Part shown: one piece after another, positions 1-8,921 of the stretch
Layout of the letters: every line of letters begins with the position of its first letter
Numbering within the stretch: the first letter of the stretch is position 1
Source: Enhydrobacter sp.
GTDB taxonomy: Bacteria > Pseudomonadota > Alphaproteobacteria > Reyranellales > Reyranellaceae
Direction: 5' to 3'
NCBI GenBank assembly: GCA_025808875.1
Contig: CP075528.1
Span: forward strand, 1,546,473 to 1,610,472
DNA: 64,000 bases
Notes under the pieces: generated by a model
The model's database searches: none
Seen by the model: only the letters and a program-made list of their open reading frames with translations
Told to the model about the DNA's origin: nothing
Program-made: the position numbers and the translations under genes

Positions 1-686
1 CCGGCGTAATGGCGATCAACCCGGCCGTCCATGCCCGTCTGCCCTACGACCCGCTCAGGGATTTCGTGCCGATCTCGCTGGTCGCCGAGTTTCCCCTGCT
101 GCTGGTGGTTGGCGCCGATCAGCCGGTGAAGAGCGTGCGCGAGCTGATCGACTACGGTCGCGCCAATCCCGATCGCGCGCGCTACGCCTCGGCGGCCACC
201 CCGTTCCGGCTCGCCGCCGAGCTGTTCAACCAGCGGACAGGCGCCAAGTTCGCCCCGGTCGAGTTCCGCGGCAGCGGCGAGGCGGTGCAGGCGGTGGCCT
301 CGGGCGCGGTGCTGATGACGATCTCCGACGCCGCCGCCATCGCCGGCCCGCTCAAGGACGGCAAGGTGCGCGCCCTCGCCATCACCACCGCCAAGCGGCC
401 GCCGGCCTTTCCCGACGTGCCGACGTTCGGCGAGACGGGCATTGCCGACATGGAGATCGCGCTGTGGACCGGCATCGTGGCTCCCGCCGCGACCCCGGCC
501 GACATCGTCTCGATGCTGCACGACGCCATCGCCGACACGCTGGCGATGCCGGCCGTCGAGCAGGCGCTGGAGAATATCGACGTCGATCCGAGCGGCATGA
601 CATCGACCGAGTTCCGCGCGCTGATCGCTCGCGACTTGGAGCGTTGGCAGGCGGTGGCACGGGCGGCCAACGTCAAGGTCGAGTGA
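1..686 (+). CDS. TctC/Bug-family periplasmic solute-binding protein (tripartite tricarboxylate transporter receptor), N-terminus outside window
   Basis: Reading frame stays open to the window edge. About 227 C-terminal aa have a Bug-family look (RYASAATPFRLAAELF, EFRGSGEAVQAV, ALWTGIVAPAATP). The next gene starts 7 nt after the stop. Confidence 0.8.
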   Translation, partial: GVMAINPAVHARLPYDPLRDFVPISLVAEFPLLLVVGADQPVKSVRELIDYGRANPDRARYASAATPFRLAAELFNQRTGAKFAPVEFRGSGEAVQAVASGAVLMTISDAAAIAGPLKDGKVRALAITTAKRPPAFPDVPTFGETGIADMEIALWTGIVAPAATPADIVSMLHDAIADTLAMPAVEQALENIDVDPSGMTSTEFRALIARDLERWQAVARAANVKVE

Positions 687-693
687 GGTTCGC

Positions 694-2424
694 ATGGACA
701 CCAATGAAGCCCGCCGTTCCGCCGCGCACTATTTCCTCGAAGGACTGAACGAGATCGGCATCGACTACCTGTTCTGCAACTTCGGCACCGACCACGCGCC
801 ACTGATCGAGGCGCTGGCCGCCTTCAAGGGCGCCGGCCGCAAGGCGCCGGTCACCATCCTTTGCCCGCACGAGGTCACCGCAGTGCATATGGCGGCGGGC
901 TATGCCCTGGCGACCGGCCGCGGCCAGGGCGTCATCGTCCATGTCGACGCCGGCACCGCCAACTCGGCGATGGCCCTGCACAATCTCTGCCGGGCGCGCC
1001 TTCCCGTCCTGCTGATGGCCGGTCGGGCGCCGTTCACGACCCGTGGCGAGCTGCTGGGAACCCGCGACAACTACGTCCATTTCGTACAGGAACCCTTCGA
1101 TCAGGCCGGCCTGGTGCGGCCCTACACCAAGTGGGAATACAACTTGCCCTCGGGCGTGGTCGCCAAGGAGGCGCTGCGGCGCGCCCACACCGTGATGATG
1201 AGCGAACCGCGCGGGCCGGTGTACATGACCTTCCCGCGCGAGACCCTGACCGAGCTGTGGTCTGAGGGCCAGATCCGCTCCTATCCCGAGGAGCGCTTCG
1301 GGCCAGCATCGGCGGGCAGCGTCGATGCGCCGTCCGTCGACGTCATCGCCAATCGCCTGCTCTCCGCCGGGCGCCCGCTGCTGATCACGGCTTACGCCGG
1401 CCGCAACCCCGCAAGCGTCGCGGTGCTCGACGAGTTGGCGCGCTTCGCTGGCATCCGCGTCGTCGAGTTCAGCCCGATCCACATGAGCCTGCCGCATGAC
1501 TCGCCCTGCCATGGCGGCTTCATGCCGGCCAAGCCGCTGGCCGAGGCCGACGTCGGCCTGCTGGTCGATGTCGACGTGCCGTGGATTCCCCGCGACATGC
1601 CGGACAATCCCTCGACCTGGTGGGCGCATGTCGACGTCGACGCCGAGAAGCGCGCCTTCCCGATGTGGACTTTCCCGGCCAACCTGCGCCTGCAGGGCGA
1701 CAGCCATCGCTTCCTGGTCGATCTCCTGGCGGCGCTGAAGGCACGCGCCGATGCGGGCTTCAGGGCGCGCGCGGCCGGGCGCGTGGAGGCGATGGCCGAG
1801 GAGCTGCGGTTGCGTCGCGAGCAGGCGGCGAAGGCAGCCGCCGAGCCGGGCAAGCCGGGGGAGATCAATCCGCACTTCTTGTGCGCGGCGCTGGCGCGCG
1901 CACTCGAGCCGACCGACATCGTGATCAACGAGGCGATCCGCAACGGCCCGGTCGTCCTCCAGCAGATGCCGCGGCGCGCACCGGGCAGCCTGGTCGGCTT
2001 CGCCGGCGCCGGTCTCGGCTTCTCCGGCGGCGTGGCGCTCGGTCTGAAGCTCGCCCTGCCCGATCGCCTGCCGGTGCAGATCGTCGGCGACGGCACGTTC
2101 TATTTCTCCAACCCGCAATCGACGTTCGCCGTGTCCAGGCAGTACGGCCTGCCGATCCTGACCGTCGTGCTCGACAACTCGGGCTGGGCAGCGGTGAAGG
2201 AGGCGACGTTGCGCGTCTACCCGGCGGGCGAGGCCAAGGCGGGCAACGATTTCGGCTCGACCTTCGCGCCGCCGGCCGATTTCGCCAGGATTGCCGAGGC
2301 GAGCGGCGCGTACGGCGAGCTGGTCAGCGATCCCGACGAGGTCGAGGCTGCGATCGCGCGTTGCCTGAAGGCGGTGCGCGGTGGCCAGGCCGCCGTGCTC
2401 CACGCCCGGGTGACGAGGCACTGA
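694..2424 (+). CDS. Thiamine-pyrophosphate-dependent enzyme (acetolactate-synthase-like family), 576 aa
   Basis: N-terminal PYR-domain sequence GIDYLFCNFGTDHAPLIEAL and HEVTAVHMAAGYA. C-terminal TPP/Mg motif IVGDGTFYFSNPQ...VVLDNSGW. Tight spacing to both flanking genes. Confidence 0.85.
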   Translation: MDTNEARRSAAHYFLEGLNEIGIDYLFCNFGTDHAPLIEALAAFKGAGRKAPVTILCPHEVTAVHMAAGYALATGRGQGVIVHVDAGTANSAMALHNLCRARLPVLLMAGRAPFTTRGELLGTRDNYVHFVQEPFDQAGLVRPYTKWEYNLPSGVVAKEALRRAHTVMMSEPRGPVYMTFPRETLTELWSEGQIRSYPEERFGPASAGSVDAPSVDVIANRLLSAGRPLLITAYAGRNPASVAVLDELARFAGIRVVEFSPIHMSLPHDSPCHGGFMPAKPLAEADVGLLVDVDVPWIPRDMPDNPSTWWAHVDVDAEKRAFPMWTFPANLRLQGDSHRFLVDLLAALKARADAGFRARAAGRVEAMAEELRLRREQAAKAAAEPGKPGEINPHFLCAALARALEPTDIVINEAIRNGPVVLQQMPRRAPGSLVGFAGAGLGFSGGVALGLKLALPDRLPVQIVGDGTFYFSNPQSTFAVSRQYGLPILTVVLDNSGWAAVKEATLRVYPAGEAKAGNDFGSTFAPPADFARIAEASGAYGELVSDPDEVEAAIARCLKAVRGGQAAVLHARVTRH

Positions 2425-2427
2425 CCC

Positions 2428-2832
2428 ATGTCCGTCGTCGTCGAAGCCCTCGACCACCTCGTCATCAACGTGCGCGACGTCGAGGTTGCGGCGGAGTGGT
2501 ATCGGCGCGTGCTCGGCATGCGGCGCGTCGAGACCGAGCCGATGCCCGGGCGGCGCGTCACGTCGATGCATTTCGGCCGGCAGAAGATCAACTTGCGGCC
2601 GATCGCGGCGACCCAGGAGCAGTGGTTCACCGGCCGCCAGGTGGCGCCGGGCAGCGACGACCTCTGTTTTCTGACCGGGTCGACGCCGCAGCAGGTGGCC
2701 GACCACTTCCGCGCCTGCGGCGTGGCCATCGAGCAGGGGCCGTCGGAAAAGAACGGCGCCCTCGGCACCATCGTCTCGGTCTATTGCCGCGATCCCGACG
2801 GCAATCTCATCGAAGTCTCATCCTACAAGTAG
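2428..2832 (+). CDS. VOC-family (glyoxalase/bleomycin-resistance/dioxygenase fold) protein, 134 aa
   Basis: LDHLVINVRDVEVAAEWY start typical of VOC modules and C-terminal YCRDPDGNLIEV. Starts 3 nt after the TPP-enzyme stop. Confidence 0.8.
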   Translation: MSVVVEALDHLVINVRDVEVAAEWYRRVLGMRRVETEPMPGRRVTSMHFGRQKINLRPIAATQEQWFTGRQVAPGSDDLCFLTGSTPQQVADHFRACGVAIEQGPSEKNGALGTIVSVYCRDPDGNLIEVSSYK

Positions 2833-3714
2833 ATCGATCGCTTCGATCACGCCGGTCGGATCGGCGATGCCGCGGCCGGCGATGTCGAAGGCGCAGCCGT
2901 GCGCCACGCTCGCGAAGACGACCGGCACGCCCAGGATCAGCGCCGAGGCGCGCAACGGCGACACCAGCTTGATCGGGATGTGGCCCTGGTCGTGGAACAT
3001 GGCGAGATAGACGTCGTGCCGGCGCTGGCTCAGCAACAGGTCGGCGCCGACCGGTCCGTCGGCGGCTATGCCGCGCCGCCGAAGTTCTGCCACCGCCGGC
3101 TTGGTGACCCGCTCGTCGTCGTCGCCGAACAGCCCGTCCTCGCCGGCGTGGGGGTTGATGCCGAATACACCCAGCCTCGGCGCGGCGATGCCGAGGCGCC
3201 GCGCGGTCGCGACGGTCGCCTCGCCGGCCGCGACCACCAGGGCCGGCGTCAGGCGGGCGAGCGCCGCGGCCACCGATTCGTGCAGGGTGACGTGGGCGAT
3301 GCGCAGTCCCTGCGCCACCAGCATCATGAACGCCGCGTCGCGCGGCGTGCCGGTCACGTCGGCGACCAGGCCGCCATAGCCGTTGAAGGGGATGCCGGCG
3401 CGATTGACCGCGGTTTCCGAATGCGGGCAGCCGACCACGGCATCGACCTTGCCGTCGAGCGCCAGCCCGATCGCGGCCGAAGCGTAGGCCACGGTGGCCT
3501 TGCCGGCACGCGGATCGAGCGTGCCGGGGACGAAGGCGGCGTGCTCCAGTGCCGGAACGTCGGCGATCTCGGGAACGCCGGTGCCGATGCGGCGGGCTGT
3601 TTCCTCGATCACGAAGCGGTCGCCGACGAGCACCGCCGGCGCCTCCTGTGCCGCCTTCAGCGCGATTTCCGGCCCGATGCCGTTGGGGTCGCCCAGGGCG
3701 ATGGCGATGCGCAT
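2818..3714 (-). CDS. PdxA-family NAD-dependent dehydrogenase (TphB-like cis-diol dehydrogenase candidate), 298 aa
   Basis: Internal ATG at 3714 gives MRIAIALGDPNGIGPEI, the canonical PdxA N-terminus. Also contains FGINPHAGE and HDQGHIP metal-site motifs. Its start overlaps the stop of the upstream beta-subunit gene by 1 nt (TGATG). Confidence 0.8.
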   Translation of the reverse strand: MRIAIALGDPNGIGPEIALKAAQEAPAVLVGDRFVIEETARRIGTGVPEIADVPALEHAAFVPGTLDPRAGKATVAYASAAIGLALDGKVDAVVGCPHSETAVNRAGIPFNGYGGLVADVTGTPRDAAFMMLVAQGLRIAHVTLHESVAAALARLTPALVVAAGEATVATARRLGIAAPRLGVFGINPHAGEDGLFGDDDERVTKPAVAELRRRGIAADGPVGADLLLSQRRHDVYLAMFHDQGHIPIKLVSPLRASALILGVPVVFASVAHGCAFDIAGRGIADPTGVIEAIDLLVG

Positions 3715-4178
3715 CAAAACGGGATGGCGACCAGCGTGTCGAAGCGGCTGCCGTCGCACACGGCGATGCGCTCGGCGAACTTGAGCGCGCCCCAACCGTC
3801 CTGCCGGACCTTGTCGCGGTAGCAGCCGGTGGCGAAGACATCCATCGTGCCGTCGCCCATGATGCGCACGATCAGGAACGGCGTTTCGACCTCGGCCGCG
3901 CCGTCGCTACGTCCCAGCACCATGGGCAGGCCGACGATGTGGCGGTAGCGCTGGCGCTCGTAGATGTTGGCGCCGCGCAGCGCCGACACGCGGTCGCGGA
4001 GCATGCCGCGCGAATCGGCGTAGATGATGCCCGACTCGTAGCCGCGGGCCACGTTGTCCGCCGTCGTCACCTTGTAGAGGCAGGGGTCGTCGAACAGTTC
4101 GGGCCACCGCTCGTACTGCTCGTTGTCGATGACGCGGGCGTACGCGGCGTTCAACTCGACGAGTCGCGCGACGTCCAT
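3714..4178 (-). CDS. Aromatic ring-hydroxylating dioxygenase small (beta) subunit, 154 aa
   Basis: Size, position 2 nt downstream of a Rieske alpha gene, and beta-subunit-like sequence (LVELNAAYARVIDNEQYERWPELF...RYRHIV). Confidence 0.8.
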   Translation of the reverse strand: MDVARLVELNAAYARVIDNEQYERWPELFDDPCLYKVTTADNVARGYESGIIYADSRGMLRDRVSALRGANIYERQRYRHIVGLPMVLGRSDGAAEVETPFLIVRIMGDGTMDVFATGCYRDKVRQDGWGALKFAERIAVCDGSRFDTLVAIPF

Positions 4179-4180
4179 CG

Positions 4181-5419
4181 TCAGTAGCCCATGTGGCGGC
4201 GATAGGCCTTCCAGAAGCCGCGCACCGACGCCTCGGTGGCGCGCGTCGCCTGGCTGTCGGCCTCGCGGCCGCCCATCTCGACGACCGAGACTTGCTCGCC
4301 CGCCGCCGCGATGCCGCGCTGCACGAAGCCGCCGACGCAGCCGTCCTCCATCGAGACCAGTCCGGCCGGGCCGACGAGGTTCTGCTGCTTCAGCCGCCGC
4401 CGCGCCATCTCCGGCGTGTCGTCGGCGAAGCCGAGATAGGTCCAGTGCAGTTCCATCCGGTCCGGCCCCTTGGGCACGATCTGGCGCACGGCGAGGCAGT
4501 TGCTGACCTGCTGCAGGATGGTGGAGGGGAAGATCGACAGCATCTGCAGCTGGATGCGGTCGCCGAACTCGTCGACCGCATCGAGCATGCTGGGATCGGT
4601 GAGCGCGTAGTCGCTGTCGGTGCGGATGCCCTGGTCGCGGTAGGCCGTGGCGTTGGCGCCCTCCGGCATGCCGATCGTGTAGCTAGCGTGATGGCCGCCG
4701 TCGGGGCTGACGATCACGCCGCCGCCCTGGGTGAGGCGCGAGATGCGGAACGTGGTAAAGAAGAGATGCAGCAGACTCGCGTGGTAGGTGTCCTTGACGT
4801 TCTCGACGTAGAGCTTCCAGTTGTTGGGCAGGGGCTGCACGAAGCGGCCCGTCACCTTGACCGGGCGGTTGAGTACGCGCATGGCGCGGGCATGCACCTC
4901 GGCGCCGAGATACTCCTCGATCGGTGGCGTGTCGGAGGACAGGGTCGCGAAGACCAGCCCGCCCAGGGTCGTGGTCCGGAGCTTGCGCGGATTGATGCTG
5001 TCGCGGCGGAAATCCTTGGGCAGTCCGCCCTTGCCGCCGACGCCGTGCTCGAAGGCGATGCCCTTGAGGTTGCCGGCAAGGTCGTAGCTCCAGGCGTGGT
5101 AGATGCACTTGAAGTTGTTCTGCACGTTGCCGCCCTCGTCGAAGGCGATCAGCGCGCCGCGGTGCGAGCAGCGGTTCTCGAAGCAGTTGATCGCGCCGTC
5201 GGGCCCGCGCACCACGATGACCGGCATGGTGCCGACGACGTTGGTGCGATAGTCGCCCCTGTTGGGGATGTCGGCCTCGAGGCAGACGAAGTTCCAGGTC
5301 GCGCCCGCGAAGACGCGCTCCTGCTCGCGCCGGTAGTTGGCCTCGTCCTGGTAGACCCAGTAGGGCACGCGGGCGATCGAATCGTCGGGCCACAGTTCGG
5401 GCGCGTAGCTGACGTCCAT
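4181..5419 (-). CDS. Rieske non-haem-iron oxygenase large (alpha) subunit, terephthalate 1,2-dioxygenase / salicylate 5-hydroxylase-like, 412 aa
   Basis: Rieske motif CSHRG...CIYHAW (C-x-H-x18-C-x2-H by hand count) and mononuclear-iron motif ENVKDTYHASLLH (E-x3-D-x2-H-x4-H). ATG at 5419 is preceded by GGAGGGAA. The rest of the 948-aa track ORF is antisense to putA. Confidence 0.9.
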   Translation of the reverse strand: MDVSYAPELWPDDSIARVPYWVYQDEANYRREQERVFAGATWNFVCLEADIPNRGDYRTNVVGTMPVIVVRGPDGAINCFENRCSHRGALIAFDEGGNVQNNFKCIYHAWSYDLAGNLKGIAFEHGVGGKGGLPKDFRRDSINPRKLRTTTLGGLVFATLSSDTPPIEEYLGAEVHARAMRVLNRPVKVTGRFVQPLPNNWKLYVENVKDTYHASLLHLFFTTFRISRLTQGGGVIVSPDGGHHASYTIGMPEGANATAYRDQGIRTDSDYALTDPSMLDAVDEFGDRIQLQMLSIFPSTILQQVSNCLAVRQIVPKGPDRMELHWTYLGFADDTPEMARRRLKQQNLVGPAGLVSMEDGCVGGFVQRGIAAAGEQVSVVEMGGREADSQATRATEASVRGFWKAYRRHMGY

Positions 5420-5479
5420 GATGTTCCCTCCGGGTGCTTGTTTTGGCCCGAATGTTAGCTCATCTCTCGGCAAGCGCCC

Positions 5480-8400
5480 ATGTCCCCGCAACCCTTCCAG
5501 CGCCTGGCCCTGTCGTTGCAGCCGCAGAGCGCGTCGAGAGCGGCCATCACCGCCGCCTATCGCCGGCCCGAGCCCGATTGCCTGCCGCCCCTGATCGAGG
5601 CGGCCACGCTGCCGCCTCCGGCCGTACAGGCGGCGCGGGATCTGGCGCGCCACCTGATCGAACGGCTGCGCGAGAAGACCGGTGCCGGCGGTGGCGTCGA
5701 GGCGCTCATCCACGAATATGCGCTGTCGAGCCAGGAGGGCGTGGCGCTGATGTGCCTGGCCGAGGCGCTGCTGCGCATCCCCGACGACGAGACTCGCGAC
5801 GCGCTGATCCGCGACAAGATCGGCGGCGGCGATTGGCGCTCGCATCTCGGGCACAGCCGCTCGCTGTTCGTCAACGCGGCGACCTGGGGCCTCGCCGTCA
5901 CCGGCCGGCTGACGGGCACCACCAGTGAGGCTGGATTGTCGGCCGCCCTGACGAGGTTGATCGCCCGCGGTGGCGAGCCCTTGATTCGCCGCGCCGTGAA
6001 TCTCGCCATGCGCCTGATGGGCGAGCAGTTCGTGTCCGGCCAGACGATCGAGGAGGCGCTCGACCGGGGGCGTTTGCGGGAAGCCGAGGGCTTTCGCCAT
6101 TCCTACGACATGCTCGGCGAGGCGGCGGTCTCGGCGCAGCAGGCGGCCGACTATCTTGCCGCCTACGAGCGGGCGATCCACGCCATTGGTCGCGCCGCCG
6201 CCGGCCGGGGACCCTGCGAAGGGCCCGGCATCTCGGTCAAGCTCTCGGCGCTGCATCCGCGCTACAGCCGGCTGCAGGTCGAGCGTGTCGGGTCCGAACT
6301 CTACCCGAGGCTCCTGCGGCTGGCGCGGCTGGCGCGGACCTACGACATCGGCCTCAATATCGACGCGGAAGAAGCCGAGCGCCTCGAGATTTCCCTCGAT
6401 CTGCTGGAGCGCCTCTGCCTGGAGCGCGAGCTCGAGGGCTGGAACGGCATCGGCTTCGTCGTGCAGGCCTACCAGAAGCGCGCGCCCTTCGTGATCGACT
6501 GGCTGATCGAGCTTGGCCGGCGCAGCGGCCACCGGCTGATGGTGCGCCTCGTCAAGGGCGCCTACTGGGACGGCGAGATCAAGCGCGCCCAGGTCGACGG
6601 CCTCGAGGGCTTTCCGGTCTTCACCCGCAAATTGCACACCGACGTCTCGTTCCTTGCCTGCACCCGCAAGCTGCTGGACGCGCCACAGGCCTGCTATCCG
6701 CAATTCGCCACCCACAACGCGCTCACGCTGGCGACCGTCCACGCGATGGCCGGGCCGGCCGACTACGAGTTCCAGTGCCTGCACGGCATGGGCGAACCGC
6801 TTTACGAGGAAGTCGTCGGTCTGGGCAAGCTCGCCCGGCCGTGCCGCATCTATGCTCCGGTCGGCACACACGAAACCTTGCTCGCCTACCTGGTCCGCCG
6901 GCTGCTCGAGAATGGCGCGAACACCTCGTTCGTCCACCAGATCGCCGATCCGGATTTCCCGCTCGACGATCTGTTGGCCGATCCCGTCGAGCGGGCGCGG
7001 GCGCTGCAACCCGTCGGAGCGCCGCATCCCCGCATTGCCCTGCCGCGCGATCTCTTCGCGCCCGTCCGGCAGAACGCCACGGGACTCGATCTCAGCAACG
7101 AGCAGGTGCTGACCGGGCTCGCGCGATCGCTGCAGGCGCCGGCGGCCTGGCGCGCGCTACCGCATCTCGGGGACGGACCGCGCGAGGGCGCGGCCCGCGA
7201 GGTGTGCAATCCGGCCGACCTGCGCGACGTCGTCGGCCATGTCGTCGAGGCGACTCCCGAGCTGGTCGACGCGGCCTGTGCCCGTGCGCGGCCATGGTCG
7301 GCCGACGCGGCGCGCCGGGCGGCCTGTCTCGAGCGAGTCGCCGATCGGATGGAGGCCCGGATGCAGGTGCTGATCGGCCTGATCGTGCGCGAGGCCGGCA
7401 AGACGATCGGCAATGCGGTCGGCGAAGTGCGCGAGGCCGTCGACTTCCTGCGCTACTACGCCGCCGAGGTGCGCGGCTGGACCGACGAGACCCATGTGCC
7501 GCTCGGACTCGTCGCCTGCATCAGCCCGTGGAACTTTCCCCTGTCGATCTTCACCGGGCAGGTCGCGGCGTCGCTGGCCGCCGGCAACGCGGTGATCGCC
7601 AAGCCCGCCGAGGAGACGCCGCTGATCGCCGCCCAGGCCGTCCGGCTGTTCGTCGGCGCCGGCTTGCCCGCCGGCGTGCTGCAGTTCCTGCCTGGCGACG
7701 GCAAGATCGGCGCCCATCTCGTCGCCAATCCCGCCGTCGCGGGCGTCGTCTTCACCGGCTCGACCGAGGCGGCGCGATCGATCAACGCGACACTGGCCCG
7801 GCGTCTCGGCGGCGACGGCAAGCCGATCCCCCTGATCGCCGAGACCGGCGGTCAGAACGCGCTGATTGCCGATTCCTCGGCCCTGCCCGAGCAACTCGTC
7901 CTCGATGCACTGACGTCGGCCTTCGATTCGGCGGGACAGCGGTGCTCGGCGCTCCGCGTGCTCTGCCTTCAGGAGGATGTCGCCGACCGCATTCGATCCC
8001 TGCTGGGCGGGGCCATGGCCGAGCTCGGCATCGGCAATCCGGATCGGCTGTCGGTCGATGTCGGCCCGGTGATCTCGGCCGAGGCGCGGGACCGCCTGAT
8101 GCGGCACGTCGAGCGTCTGCGGCAAGCCGGTCGTCGCGTCGAGCAGGCGCGATTGCCGGACGAAGCACGGCACGGGCTGTTCATGCCGCCGACGCTGATC
8201 GACATCGAGTCGATGGACGACCTGACGGGCGAGGTGTTCGGCCCGGTCCTGCATGTCCTGCGCTATCGGCGCGAGCGGCTGGAGGAGATCGTGCACAGGG
8301 TCAATGCAACGGGATTCGGACTGACCTTTGGCGTCCATAGCCGCATCGACGAGACCATCGGGCGGGCGACCGCGGCCAGTGCCGCCGGCAACCACTACGT

Positions 8401-8878
8401 CAATCGCAACCTGATCGGCGCGGTGGTGGGCGTTCAGCCGTTCGGCGGCCACGGCCTGTCGGGCACCGGACCCAAGGCGGGTGGACCGCTCTATCTGTTG
8501 CGATTGCTGTCGAGACGCGCGCTGACGCATCCTGTGCCGCGCGAGAGCGAGCTGCCGGGCCCGGTCGGCGAGCGCAACACCTATGCCCTGCGGCCGAAAG
8601 GACGGATCCTTTGCTTCACGACGGAGCAGGCGGCGCTGGTACGCGCGGTCGGCAGCGAGCCGACATCCGACGAAGGCGATCCCGACATCGCTGCCGCCTT
8701 GTTCGACGGCCCGGTGCCGGAGTTGCTGGCGCTCGGCCGGCGCCTCGCCGCACGGTCCGGTCCGATCGTGCCGATCTTCGTGCCGCCCTATCCGACGGAG
8801 TTCCTGTTCGCGGAGGTGTCGCGCAGCGTCAACACCGCGGCGGCCGGCGGCAATGCCAGCCTCATGACGATCGGATGA
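5480..8878 (+). CDS. putA: Bifunctional proline dehydrogenase / L-glutamate-gamma-semialdehyde dehydrogenase PutA, 1132 aa
   Basis: Full-length colinear match to my memory of PutA: LIHEYALSSQEGVALMCLAEALLRIPD, proline dehydrogenase barrel, aldehyde dehydrogenase domain with ISPWNFPL and ETGGQNA. Confidence 0.95.
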   Translation: MSPQPFQRLALSLQPQSASRAAITAAYRRPEPDCLPPLIEAATLPPPAVQAARDLARHLIERLREKTGAGGGVEALIHEYALSSQEGVALMCLAEALLRIPDDETRDALIRDKIGGGDWRSHLGHSRSLFVNAATWGLAVTGRLTGTTSEAGLSAALTRLIARGGEPLIRRAVNLAMRLMGEQFVSGQTIEEALDRGRLREAEGFRHSYDMLGEAAVSAQQAADYLAAYERAIHAIGRAAAGRGPCEGPGISVKLSALHPRYSRLQVERVGSELYPRLLRLARLARTYDIGLNIDAEEAERLEISLDLLERLCLERELEGWNGIGFVVQAYQKRAPFVIDWLIELGRRSGHRLMVRLVKGAYWDGEIKRAQVDGLEGFPVFTRKLHTDVSFLACTRKLLDAPQACYPQFATHNALTLATVHAMAGPADYEFQCLHGMGEPLYEEVVGLGKLARPCRIYAPVGTHETLLAYLVRRLLENGANTSFVHQIADPDFPLDDLLADPVERARALQPVGAPHPRIALPRDLFAPVRQNATGLDLSNEQVLTGLARSLQAPAAWRALPHLGDGPREGAAREVCNPADLRDVVGHVVEATPELVDAACARARPWSADAARRAACLERVADRMEARMQVLIGLIVREAGKTIGNAVGEVREAVDFLRYYAAEVRGWTDETHVPLGLVACISPWNFPLSIFTGQVAASLAAGNAVIAKPAEETPLIAAQAVRLFVGAGLPAGVLQFLPGDGKIGAHLVANPAVAGVVFTGSTEAARSINATLARRLGGDGKPIPLIAETGGQNALIADSSALPEQLVLDALTSAFDSAGQRCSALRVLCLQEDVADRIRSLLGGAMAELGIGNPDRLSVDVGPVISAEARDRLMRHVERLRQAGRRVEQARLPDEARHGLFMPPTLIDIESMDDLTGEVFGPVLHVLRYRRERLEEIVHRVNATGFGLTFGVHSRIDETIGRATAASAAGNHYVNRNLIGAVVGVQPFGGHGLSGTGPKAGGPLYLLRLLSRRALTHPVPRESELPGPVGERNTYALRPKGRILCFTTEQAALVRAVGSEPTSDEGDPDIAAALFDGPVPELLALGRRLAARSGPIVPIFVPPYPTEFLFAEVSRSVNTAAAGGNASLMTIG

Positions 8879-8921
8879 ATCTGGAGCCGGTCCGCCAGCT
8901 TCACTGTCGCGTGGGAGAGTC

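Noticed and set aside
673-2706. 677-aa minus-strand ORF antisense to the TPP-enzyme gene. Analogous giants include 10472-14377(-), 36384-38894(+), 54305-56509(+), 14535-16097(-), 42042-43406(-) and 60171-61127(-).
   Set aside because: Their composition is Arg/Gly/Ala/Pro/His-rich junk. Each lies exactly opposite a gene with clear family motifs. Such shadow ORFs are expected at about 70% GC.
4181-7027. 948-aa ORF suggesting a giant fusion protein.
   Set aside because: Only the last 412 codons (from the ATG at 5419, which has a good RBS) look like a Rieske oxygenase. The upstream part is antisense to putA and compositionally non-protein-like.
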